Source: Solirubrobacteraceae bacterium (GTDB lineage Bacteria > Actinomycetota > Thermoleophilia > Solirubrobacterales > Solirubrobacteraceae). Taken from it: a stretch of DNA of 55,136 nt. A program made the position numbers and the translations under genes. The notes under the pieces were generated by a model, which saw only the letters and a list, made by a program, of their open reading frames with translations, had not been told where the DNA came from and did no database searches. Below, piece by piece: positions 26,569-34,191 of the stretch (position 1 is its first letter; each line of letters begins with the position of its first letter). The stretch is taken from NCBI GenBank assembly GCA_035536255.1, contig DATLOP010000228.1, positions 1 through 55,136 of the forward strand, read 5' to 3'.

Positions 26569-27528
26569 CCGGACCTCGAGGCGCTCGCGCAGCCACTCGA
26601 CGGTCTGCGCGATCCCCTCCTCGACGTCGATCCGCGCCCGCCAGCCCAGCAGCCGCTCCGCCTTCTCGACCGAGGGCCAGCGCCGCTGGACGTCGACCTC
26701 GAACGAGTCGCGGTGGGAGAGCTCGAACTCGCCGGGGTCGTTGCCGCAGGCCTCCCAGACGATCCGGGCGATCTCGGCCACGGTGAGCTCGCGCGCCGCC
26801 GACACGTTGAAGTCCTCGTTCAGCGCGGCCGGCGAGCGCATGGCGGTGACGACGCCCTCGGCGATGTCGTCGACGTGGGTCAGCGTGCGGGTCTGCTCGC
26901 CGGAGCCGAAGATCTCCAGCGGCCGGCGGCCGGTCAGCGACTTGCGGATGAGGTCGGGCACGGCGTGGGCGATCCCCGGCTCGTCGTCGGGCATCTCGCC
27001 CGGCCCGTAGGCGTTGAAGGGCCGGCAGATCGTGAACGGCAGCCCGTGCTCGTCGTGGGCGGCGCGGCAGTAGACCTCGCCGGTGAGCTTGGAGAACCCG
27101 TACGCCGAGCGCGGGACCGGGCACTGCGACAGGTAGTCCTCGGGCGTGGGGAAGACCTCGGCGCGCTCGAAGACCATCGAGCTGGACACGTAGACGAAGC
27201 GCGCCACCGAGCGGTCCAGCGCCGCGCGGATCACGCTGTTGTAGAGCGCGTTGTTGACCTCGGTCAGCGTGTGGGGCAGCTTGTGGAAGTTGGCGATCCC
27301 GCCCACGATCGCCGCCAGGTGGATGACGTGGTCGCAACCCGCCATAGCGCTGCGCGACTCGTTGACGTCGCGCAGGTCGCCGGTGTGGACCTCGCAGCCC
27401 TCGCGCATCCACTGCGGCGCGGGCCGGGCGTCGGACACCCGCACCTCGAAGTCGGCGTCGGCCAGCAGGCGCCGCACGACGGCGGCGCCGATCGTGCCCG
27501 CGCCTCCGGTGACCAGGACTCGGCTCAT
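26563..27528 (-). CDS. NAD-dependent epimerase/dehydratase (SDR; possibly a GDP-sugar epimerase or reductase)
   Basis: MSRVLVTGGAGTIGAAVVRRL...SSSMVFE...YGFSKLTGE (YxxxK)...CRPFNAYGPGE. Confidence 0.85.
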   Translation of the reverse strand: MSRVLVTGGAGTIGAAVVRRLLADADFEVRVSDARPAPQWMREGCEVHTGDLRDVNESRSAMAGCDHVIHLAAIVGGIANFHKLPHTLTEVNNALYNSVIRAALDRSVARFVYVSSSMVFERAEVFPTPEDYLSQCPVPRSAYGFSKLTGEVYCRAAHDEHGLPFTICRPFNAYGPGEMPDDEPGIAHAVPDLIRKSLTGRRPLEIFGSGEQTRTLTHVDDIAEGVVTAMRSPAALNEDFNVSAARELTVAEIARIVWEACGNDPGEFELSHRDSFEVDVQRRWPSVEKAERLLGWRARIDVEEGIAQTVEWLRERLEVRV

Positions 27529-27562
27529 GGGCCGGTCAGGTTAGTCACTAGTGTTTCGCCGC

Positions 27563-28489
27563 ATGTCGACCGCGGTGGTGACCGGGGGCGCGGGGTTCAT
27601 CGGATCCCACGTCGCCGACAAGCTCCTGGCCGCCGGCACCGCGGTGGTGGCCGTCGACGACCTCTCGACGGGCAAGCGCGAGAACGTCGCCGGCGCCGGC
27701 GTCGAGCTGGAGGTCGCCGACGTCCGCGACGCCGACGCCATGCGGGCCCTGCTGGAGCGGGTGCGCCCCGACGTCGTCTACCACCTGGCGGCCCAGATCA
27801 GCGTCACGCGCTCGGTGGGCGAGGTGGAGTACGACGCCGACGTCAACGTCCGCGGCACGGCCACGCTGCTCGAGGCGGCGCGCCGCGCCGAGGTCCCACG
27901 CTTCGTCTACGTCTCCACCGGCGGGGCGCTGTACGGCGACGCCGACGTCGTCCCCACGCCCGAGGGCTCCCACATCCAGCCGCTCGCGCCCTACGGGCTG
28001 AGCAAGTGGGTCGGCGAGCGCTACTGCGACCTCTACCGCGCGCTGCACGCGATGTCCACGCTGACGCTGCGCCTGGCCAACATCTACGGCCCGCGCCAGG
28101 ATCCGCACGGCGAGGCCGGCGTCGTGGCCATCTTCTGCCAGCGCCTGCACGCCGGCGAACCGGCCGTCGTCTTCGGCGACGGGCGCCAGACCCGCGACTA
28201 CACCTACGTCGGCGACGTGGCCGACGCCGTGCTCGCCGCCGGGGCCTCGGACGCCACCGGCGCGGTGAACATCGGCCGCGGCGAGGAGTCCTCGGTGCTC
28301 GACCTGGTGGACACGCTGCGCGCGCTCTCGGGCGGCGACGGCTTCCAGCCCGAGCACGCGCCCGAGCGCCCGGGCGAGGCGCGGCGCAGCTGCCTGGACC
28401 CGGCGCGCGCCCGCGAGGCGCTGGACTGGACCGCCTCGACGTCCCTGCGCGACGGCCTGGACGTCACGCTGCGCAGCTTCGCGCCCTAG
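27563..28489 (+). CDS. UDP-glucose 4-epimerase-like SDR
   Basis: MSTAVVTGGAGFIGSHVADKLL...VDDLSTGKRENV...YVSTGGALYG...YGLSKWVGE...LANIYGPRQ. GTG 27551 is an alternative start. Confidence 0.85.
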   Translation: MSTAVVTGGAGFIGSHVADKLLAAGTAVVAVDDLSTGKRENVAGAGVELEVADVRDADAMRALLERVRPDVVYHLAAQISVTRSVGEVEYDADVNVRGTATLLEAARRAEVPRFVYVSTGGALYGDADVVPTPEGSHIQPLAPYGLSKWVGERYCDLYRALHAMSTLTLRLANIYGPRQDPHGEAGVVAIFCQRLHAGEPAVVFGDGRQTRDYTYVGDVADAVLAAGASDATGAVNIGRGEESSVLDLVDTLRALSGGDGFQPEHAPERPGEARRSCLDPARAREALDWTASTSLRDGLDVTLRSFAP

Positions 28490-29772
28490 GGACCGAGTAG
28501 GGCCGCGGGCACGACCGCGATGCCGTCGGGCCGCCGGTACGCCTCTTGGCCGGTGGTGACGACCACCGAGTCCAGGAGCTCGTCGCCGATCCGGTCTGCG
28601 AGCCACTTGAGGTGGCGCAGGTCGTCGTCTTCCACGGTGCGCGCGAGCTTCACCTCGATCGCCACGACTCGCCCGTCGGCGCGCTGGGCGATGAGGTCGA
28701 CCTCGTGCTCTCCGGACCCGGTTCGCAGGTGCAGCACCCGCGCCTCGGCGGCTTGTGCGTACACGCGGACGGACAGGGTGACGAGGGACTCGAAGAGTGA
28801 CCCCAGCAGCGTGCCGGAACGCGGAATCGCGGGGCCGGGGCCCGCGCCCGCCAGAAGCGCGTCGGAGTCGACGCCGAGCAAGCGCGCGGCGAGCGCGGGA
28901 TCGGCCAGATGGTGCTTCGGAGGGAGCGTCAGGCGCCGGATGTGGCTGCGGCTCGGCGCCCACGCCGGGAGTGGGTCGACGATCCACAGGCGCTCGAGCA
29001 CGTCGCGATACGGGAGTGTCGCGGTCTTGGCCGGTTTGTCGCCATGCCCGCTCGTCGCCGCGTCGCGGATCTTCTCGAACGATGTCGTCGTCGCAGAGGC
29101 GGCGGCGTACGCCGTCATCCAGCGCAGCAGTGCGTCCGGGTTGCGCAGCGAGTGTCCGAGGTCGGGGAAGTCCCGGTCGACGATCCGATGCAGGTAGCCG
29201 TCGAGCTGCGCGCGCCGGGCTCGCCCCGACAGCTCACGAAGGCCCGGAAACCCGGACCGCACGATCTCCTCCACGTAGTCCTCCAGGCCCCACCGCGTCC
29301 ACCCGCGGACGCCCTCTCGGGCCCCCGACAGCAGGGCGCGGAGGCTGACCGTAGGCCGGACCGCTCCGCGCTCCGCCAGGGCCATCGGCCGCATCCGGAC
29401 ACTGACGATTCGTCCCGCACCGGAATGGGTGCCCGACCCGGCCGGTGAGGCCGATCCCGTGAGCAGGAAGCGGCCGGCGGCCGCGCCGCGGTCCACTTCG
29501 CGGCGAATCAGGTCCCACGACTCCGGCACGTACTGCCACTCGTCGATGAGGACCGGAGGCGGGCCATCCAGCAGCCGGGCCGGCTCCGCGAGCATGACGT
29601 CGCGCTGCGCCGGGTCGTCGAGCCCGTGGACCGTCTTGGCGCGCCTGGAGGCGGTAACGGTCTTCCCGACGCCCTTGGGGCCTTCGAGCGCGAGCGCCGG
29701 CAGCTCCGACATCAACTCGTCGAGCTCGTGGTCGACGACTCGCGGACGGTACGGGGCATGAGGAGGTCGCAC
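28486..29772 (-). CDS. AAA+ ATPase of the AAA_14 + DUF4143 family
   Basis: Walker A LEGPKGVGKTV and Walker B VLIDEWQYVP. The C-terminal half is typical of DUF4143. GTG start lies 6 nt after a TAGTCT -10-like box. Confidence 0.75.
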   Translation of the reverse strand: MRPPHAPYRPRVVDHELDELMSELPALALEGPKGVGKTVTASRRAKTVHGLDDPAQRDVMLAEPARLLDGPPPVLIDEWQYVPESWDLIRREVDRGAAAGRFLLTGSASPAGSGTHSGAGRIVSVRMRPMALAERGAVRPTVSLRALLSGAREGVRGWTRWGLEDYVEEIVRSGFPGLRELSGRARRAQLDGYLHRIVDRDFPDLGHSLRNPDALLRWMTAYAAASATTTSFEKIRDAATSGHGDKPAKTATLPYRDVLERLWIVDPLPAWAPSRSHIRRLTLPPKHHLADPALAARLLGVDSDALLAGAGPGPAIPRSGTLLGSLFESLVTLSVRVYAQAAEARVLHLRTGSGEHEVDLIAQRADGRVVAIEVKLARTVEDDDLRHLKWLADRIGDELLDSVVVTTGQEAYRRPDGIAVVPAALLGP

Positions 29773-29778
29773 CTTGCA

Positions 29779-29844
29779 AGACTACCATTCTGACGCCAGT
29801 TAGACTACTGATCTGACGGCGACTGGGAGACCATCCTGACGGAC
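29779..29844. promoter_or_regulatory. Three direct repeats with exact 23-bp phasing in the ATPase/Fic divergent intergenic region
   Basis: AGACTACCATTCTGACG (29779), AGACTACTGATCTGACG (29802) and GGGAGACCATCCTGACG (29825). CTGACG cores sit at 29790, 29813 and 29836. Confidence 0.6.
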
Positions 29845-29945
29845 TCGACGCAGTAGCAAGCAGTTTTCCGACCCAACCACTCGCTAACGAGCAGAAATCG
29901 GTCGCAATCGGCCACTAGCGAACGCTTATCCGTATACTGGGCCGT

Positions 29946-31433
29946 ATGACGACCGGTAACCAACGGTTTTCTGTCGACGCTCAGCCAGAGGTCTTCTTCA
30001 GCGACTCCACCATCAGCGACGCGGTGCGCTCTGCCGTCCGCAATGAGAAGGCCCGGCGGCTCGGCCCGCGCCTGTACACCCGGAACATGCACGAGGCTCC
30101 GGAGGCCGTCGCCCGCCGCAACTGGGCGCTGATTGCAGCGGGGTACTTCCCCGGCTCGGTCATGACCGGACGCACCGCCATGGAGTTCGCCCCGGCGGCC
30201 GACGGGTCGGTGTTCCTCATCGCGCCCACGACTCGCGAGGTCCGCCTCCCAGGTCTCCGCCTCCGGCCCCGGCACGGCCCCCCTCCCGCCGAGGGCGACA
30301 CCTCTTGGATGGGCCATCCAATCTTCATGAGCTCGCGGCCGCGCGCCTTTCTCGAAAACCTGGAGCCGTCTCGCGCACGGGGCGGCGCGGCTTCGCGCAC
30401 TCTGCGACGCGACGAGCTCGAAGCGGCGCTCGAGGAATACGGTCGCTTGGACCCGGCTAGCTTCCACCGTCTTCGCGACGAGGCACGCGCGCTCGCGCCG
30501 ACGCTCGGCATGGACGCTCAGTCGGTCGCGCTTGACGAGCTGATCGGGACGCTGCTCGGCACGCGTGACGCTCCTCTGTCCTCGTCGTCCGCTCGGGCGC
30601 GCGCCAAGGGCATTCCGTTCGATCCGGCGCGGATCGAGCGCTTTGAGGCGCTCGGGGGACATCTGCTGGGCACAGCGCTTCCCGCGCTGGGGGCCAACTC
30701 ATCGCACGACCTCTCGGTGTTCGCCTTCTTCGAGGCCTACTTCTCGAACTACATCGAGGGGACGGAGTTCACCGTCGCGGAGGCGGAGCGAATCGTGTTT
30801 CGGGGCGAGGTCCCGCAGCAGCGTCCGGCTGATGCCCACGACATACTCGGGACCTACCGGCTCCTCATTGACGGTACGGAGCGCCGCCGAGTTCCCGCGA
30901 GCGCGGACGAGCTGGTCGAACTTCTCAGGCGCCAGCACCACGCGATGTTGGGCGAGCGGCCGGACATCGGACCGGGTCAGTGGAAGCAGCGCCCGAACCA
31001 GGTGGGCGGCCGTCTCTTCGTCGCTCCTGAGCTCGTCGAGGGGACTCTGCGAGAGAGCTATCGGATCTACGGTTCGTTGCCCGCCGGATTCGCGCGCGCG
31101 GCCTTCGCGATGTTTCTCGTCTCCGAAGTGCACCCCTTTGCGGATGGGAACGGCCGGATGGCGCGCATCCTCATGAACTCGGAGCTGACCGCCGCCGACG
31201 AGCAGCGGATCATCGTCCGCACGCGTGACCGCGGCGACTACCTAGCTGCGCTGCGCGGCATGACGAACACGGGCAACGCCCTTGCGTACACCGCGGTCCT
31301 GGCTGATCTTCAGCGCAGCAGCGCCGCCGGGGACAACTCATCCCTGGCTGCCGCTGAACGCGATCTGAACAATCGTCAAGCGTTCGACGACCCCGACGCC
31401 GGTGGAGTGGATCTTGGCCGGATCGCGCGCTAG
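29946..31433 (+). CDS. Fic-family protein (class II, N-terminal inhibitory helix) with a long N-terminal extension
   Basis: Fic motif HPFADGNGRMARIL. Upstream inhibitory motif SNYIEG fits (S/T)xxxE(G/N). About 250 aa of N-terminal domain. TATACT lies 7 nt before the ATG. Confidence 0.85.
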   Translation: MTTGNQRFSVDAQPEVFFSDSTISDAVRSAVRNEKARRLGPRLYTRNMHEAPEAVARRNWALIAAGYFPGSVMTGRTAMEFAPAADGSVFLIAPTTREVRLPGLRLRPRHGPPPAEGDTSWMGHPIFMSSRPRAFLENLEPSRARGGAASRTLRRDELEAALEEYGRLDPASFHRLRDEARALAPTLGMDAQSVALDELIGTLLGTRDAPLSSSSARARAKGIPFDPARIERFEALGGHLLGTALPALGANSSHDLSVFAFFEAYFSNYIEGTEFTVAEAERIVFRGEVPQQRPADAHDILGTYRLLIDGTERRRVPASADELVELLRRQHHAMLGERPDIGPGQWKQRPNQVGGRLFVAPELVEGTLRESYRIYGSLPAGFARAAFAMFLVSEVHPFADGNGRMARILMNSELTAADEQRIIVRTRDRGDYLAALRGMTNTGNALAYTAVLADLQRSSAAGDNSSLAAAERDLNNRQAFDDPDAGGVDLGRIAR

Positions 31434-32710
31434 TCGGCGGCGACCAGCGCCGCGACCTCGGCGGCGTAGGCGAACACCTGCGAGGACCCGAAGACGTTCC
31501 ACGGGTCGATGACCAGGCACTCGTCGCCCGCCAGGTCGCGGATCTCGCGCAGCCGCTCGGAGCCGTCGAAGGCCGAGTGGTTGGTGGCCACCACGACGGC
31601 GTCGGCGTCGCGCACCGCGTCCTCGAAGGACTGGGTGGGCGTGGGAACGACGGGATCGTGGATCGCCACGTCGGCCAGCTCGCGCTCCAGCAGCCGGATG
31701 AGCTTGTGCGCGAGCGAGTCGCGCTCGTCGTCGGTGTCGCGCTTGAAGGCCAGGCCGAGCACCGCGACCTTGCGGCCCGACAGCGACTCCAGCCGGCGCT
31801 TGGCGCCCTCGACCAGGAACAGCGGGACCGACTCGTTGACCCGCGAAACGGCCAGCAGCATCCCGGGCGCCGCCGAGCGCTCCTCGGAGAACGTGAAGTC
31901 CTTGCGCAGGCACGTGCCCGCGGTCAGGCCGGGGTGGGCGATCCCGCCGCGCGGGTAGTCGCGGTTGATGAGGTCGATGACGTCGAAGACGTTCGCGCCG
32001 TGCTGCTCGCAGTCCATCATCAGCAGGTTGGGCAGTGCGAAGTGCGTGTAGCGGATGATGTTCGTCCAGATCTTGGCCAGCTCGGCCTGCACCGGCGTCG
32101 TCTGCACGATCGGCGCGTCGAACACCGAGAACAGCTTGGCCGCCTCCTCGCCCGAGCGCTCGCCCACCCCGCCCACGATGCAGGGCAGCGTGTCGATCTC
32201 CTCCAGGAAGCGTCCGGCGGCGATCCGCTCGGGAGCGTGCGCGACGAACATCTCGGTCCCCACGTCGAAGCCGCGCTGCTTGGCCAGGTAGCCCGCGACG
32301 AACTCCGTCGTGCCGGGCGCGATCGTCGAGCGCAGCACCAGCGCGTGGCCGGGCCGCAGGACCGGGAGCAGGTCGTCGAGCGCCGAGCGGATGTCGCGCA
32401 TGTCGATCTCTATGTGCGAGAACGACGGCGTGCCCAGCGTGATGACGATCTGCTGGGCGGCGGCGGCGTCGGGCACCGCGTCGGTGAGCGTGAGGCGGCC
32501 GGACTCGCGCACGCGCTCGAGCAGCGCCTGCGCTCCCGTCTCCTCGAACGGCATGCGCCCGGCGCCCACCGCGGCCAGGCGATCGGGGTCCTTGTCCACG
32601 CCCACGACGGTGAGCCCCCGGTCGGCGAAGCACAGCGCCAGCGGAAGCCCCACGCGGCCGAGGCCGATGACGGATACCTCCGCGGACCTGGGAGTGGAGG
32701 CTACCGTCAC
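31430..32710 (-). CDS. Nucleotide-sugar dehydrogenase (UDP-glucose/GDP-mannose dehydrogenase family)
   Basis: VSVIGLGRVGLPLALCFADRG...LGTP...GTCLRKD (catalytic Cys)...VAVLGLAFKRDTDD. Confidence 0.9.
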   Translation of the reverse strand: MTVASTPRSAEVSVIGLGRVGLPLALCFADRGLTVVGVDKDPDRLAAVGAGRMPFEETGAQALLERVRESGRLTLTDAVPDAAAAQQIVITLGTPSFSHIEIDMRDIRSALDDLLPVLRPGHALVLRSTIAPGTTEFVAGYLAKQRGFDVGTEMFVAHAPERIAAGRFLEEIDTLPCIVGGVGERSGEEAAKLFSVFDAPIVQTTPVQAELAKIWTNIIRYTHFALPNLLMMDCEQHGANVFDVIDLINRDYPRGGIAHPGLTAGTCLRKDFTFSEERSAAPGMLLAVSRVNESVPLFLVEGAKRRLESLSGRKVAVLGLAFKRDTDDERDSLAHKLIRLLERELADVAIHDPVVPTPTQSFEDAVRDADAVVVATNHSAFDGSERLREIRDLAGDECLVIDPWNVFGSSQVFAYAAEVAALVAAD

Positions 32711-32784
32711 GCCCTCTTCAACGGCGGACGGGGCGAATCGTTGCTGCGCAGCGCCTATTCGTGCGGATGGCGCGCCACTTCAAG

Positions 32785-32820
32785 CATCATGATGACAACC
32801 TGCTGATGTTATGATGCATC
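32785..32820. promoter_or_regulatory. Two short perfect palindromes (CATCATGATG and GATGCATC) just upstream of the vapB start
   Basis: CATCATGATG at 32785-32794 and GATGCATC at 32813-32820, in an AT-richer stretch directly before ATG 32823. Confidence 0.45.
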
Positions 32821-32822
32821 GC

Positions 32823-33074
32823 ATGCGGACGACCCTCACGCTCGACCCGGATGTCGACGCGCAGCTCAAGCAGCTCGCGCGCGCGCGCGGCATCACGTTC
32901 AAGGAGGCCGTGAACTCGACGCTGCGACGGGGTCTGAAGCCGGATGTCGCCCGGAAGCCGTACCGGGTTCCCGCGCGACCGATGGGCTACCGCTTCGGCG
33001 ACAGGCTGCCGAGCCACGTGCTCACGGCGCTCGACGATGCGGAGTTCATCCGCAAGCGCGCGCTCGGCAAGTGA
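32823..33074 (+). CDS. vapB: Ribbon-helix-helix type antitoxin (VapB)
   Basis: MRTTLTLDPDVDAQLKQLARARGITFKEAVNSTLRRGL. In-frame ATGs at 32811 and 32814 are alternatives. Confidence 0.75.
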   Translation: MRTTLTLDPDVDAQLKQLARARGITFKEAVNSTLRRGLKPDVARKPYRVPARPMGYRFGDRLPSHVLTALDDAEFIRKRALGK

Positions 33075-33502
33075 AGCTCGCGGACGTGAACGTCCTCGTG
33101 TACGCCGTCGATGCGGGGGCGGTCCATCACGACGCGGCCCGAGAGTGGCTGGAGGCCGCCCTGTCGGGGGCCGAGACGGTCGCGTTCGCCTGGACCGCGA
33201 TCATGGGCTTCCTCAGGGTCGCGACGCACCCGGCGGCGTCCGACGATCCGTTCTCGGTCGACGAGGCGATCGACCTCGTCGAGGGTTGGCTGGGCCAACC
33301 GCCGGCGGTCGTCGTGAACCCGACGGAGCGCCACAGCGCGATCCTGCGCGACCTTCTCGGCCCGCTGCGTGTCGGCGGCGACCTGGTGCCCGACGCACAC
33401 CTCGCCGCGCTCGCGATCGAGCACGGCGCCGAGCTCGTCTCCTTCGACAACGACTTCGCGCGGTTCGCCGGGTTGCGCTGGGTGAACCCGGGGGGCGGCT
33501 AG
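33071..33502 (+). CDS. vapC: PIN-domain toxin (VapC)
   Basis: GTGA-coupled start; MKLADVNVLVYAVD...AFAWTAIMGFLRVATHP...VPDAHLAALAIEHGAELVSFDNDF. Confidence 0.85.
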   Translation: MKLADVNVLVYAVDAGAVHHDAAREWLEAALSGAETVAFAWTAIMGFLRVATHPAASDDPFSVDEAIDLVEGWLGQPPAVVVNPTERHSAILRDLLGPLRVGGDLVPDAHLAALAIEHGAELVSFDNDFARFAGLRWVNPGGG

Positions 33503-33816
33503 GGCAGATCGAGGACGATCGCGAGCGCGTCGTCGACGGCTCCCTGCTCGGACGCCGACAGGCGGCCGGCCGGCTCCTCCAGACGCTGGGCGTCGACCGC
33601 CCGCAGCTGCTCCACCAGCACGCGCGTGCGCTCGCCGGCCACCTCGACCTCGGGCCGGAACGTCGCGGGGGCTGCGCTGCGCGAGGTGGGCGCGACGATC
33701 ACGGTCGAGAGGGGGAGCAGCGCCTCGTTCTGGACGATGACGGCAAACTGCGGGCCCGACTGCTCGCGACCTCGCTGCGAACGCAGCCGGATCCGGAAGA
33801 CGTCCCCGCGGGTCAC
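33499..33816 (-). CDS. mazF: MazF/PemK-family endoribonuclease toxin
   Basis: MTRGDVFRIRL...GREQSGPQFAVIVQNE...STVIVAPTS...VLVEQLRAVDAQRL. Confidence 0.85.
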   Translation of the reverse strand: MTRGDVFRIRLRSQRGREQSGPQFAVIVQNEALLPLSTVIVAPTSRSAAPATFRPEVEVAGERTRVLVEQLRAVDAQRLEEPAGRLSASEQGAVDDALAIVLDLP

Positions 33817-34061
33817 GCGGGCCAGTCGGGCGACAGCTCGTCCATGGCCGTCATCACCGCACGCCGCTCACGGGTATCGGCGGGGTCGGCGGCCAGCCGG
33901 TGCGCTTCCTGCGTGAGGGCGGCACGTTCCGCGCGCCGATCGGCGCATTCGACGAGAGCGGCGCGAACAGCCTCGGACTCGTTGCGACCCTCGCGCATGA
34001 GACGCTCGAGCGCGCGCTCGGAAGTGGAGTCGAGGCGGGCACGGACGACGCGGGAGGCCAC
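33813..34061 (-). CDS. mazE: MazE-like antitoxin
   Basis: Overlaps mazF by 4 nt; VASRVVRARLDSTSERALERLMREGRNESEAVRAALVE. Start taken at GTG 34061. The track start, TTG 34079, lies inside the inverted repeat. Confidence 0.65.
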   Translation of the reverse strand: MASRVVRARLDSTSERALERLMREGRNESEAVRAALVECADRRAERAALTQEAHRLAADPADTRERRAVMTAMDELSPDWPA

Positions 34062-34070
34062 GAGCGGACC

Positions 34071-34089
34071 GTAGCACAAACTGTGCTAC
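34071..34089. promoter_or_regulatory. Inverted repeat GTAGCACA-aac-TGTGCTAC upstream of mazE
   Basis: 8-bp perfect arms with a 3-nt spacer, 10 nt upstream of the GTG start. Confidence 0.5.
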
Positions 34090-34191
34090 ATGCGCCTGAT
34101 GCCGCCACGACATACGCTTCTGCGCTCACCCGCCTACGACGGCGTGCGCGTGCTGGCCACGCTGCTGCGCTGCCGCTTCACCCCGGCCTAG
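34090..34191 (+). pseudogene. Relic of the 3' end of a GT2 (polyprenyl-phosphate sugar synthase-like) gene
   Basis: 34138-34191 encodes DGVRVLATLLRCRFTPA*, against DGFRVLATLLRCRFSRA* at the end of the GT2 gene (38697-38750). I counted 45/54 nt identical. No homology upstream of that point. Confidence 0.6.

Noticed and set aside
25054-28500. 1148-aa plus-strand ORF
   Set aside because: It runs through the phosphoesterase, both TA genes and two SDR genes in a frame that yields Arg/Pro/Gly-rich low-complexity sequence. It is a shadow frame.
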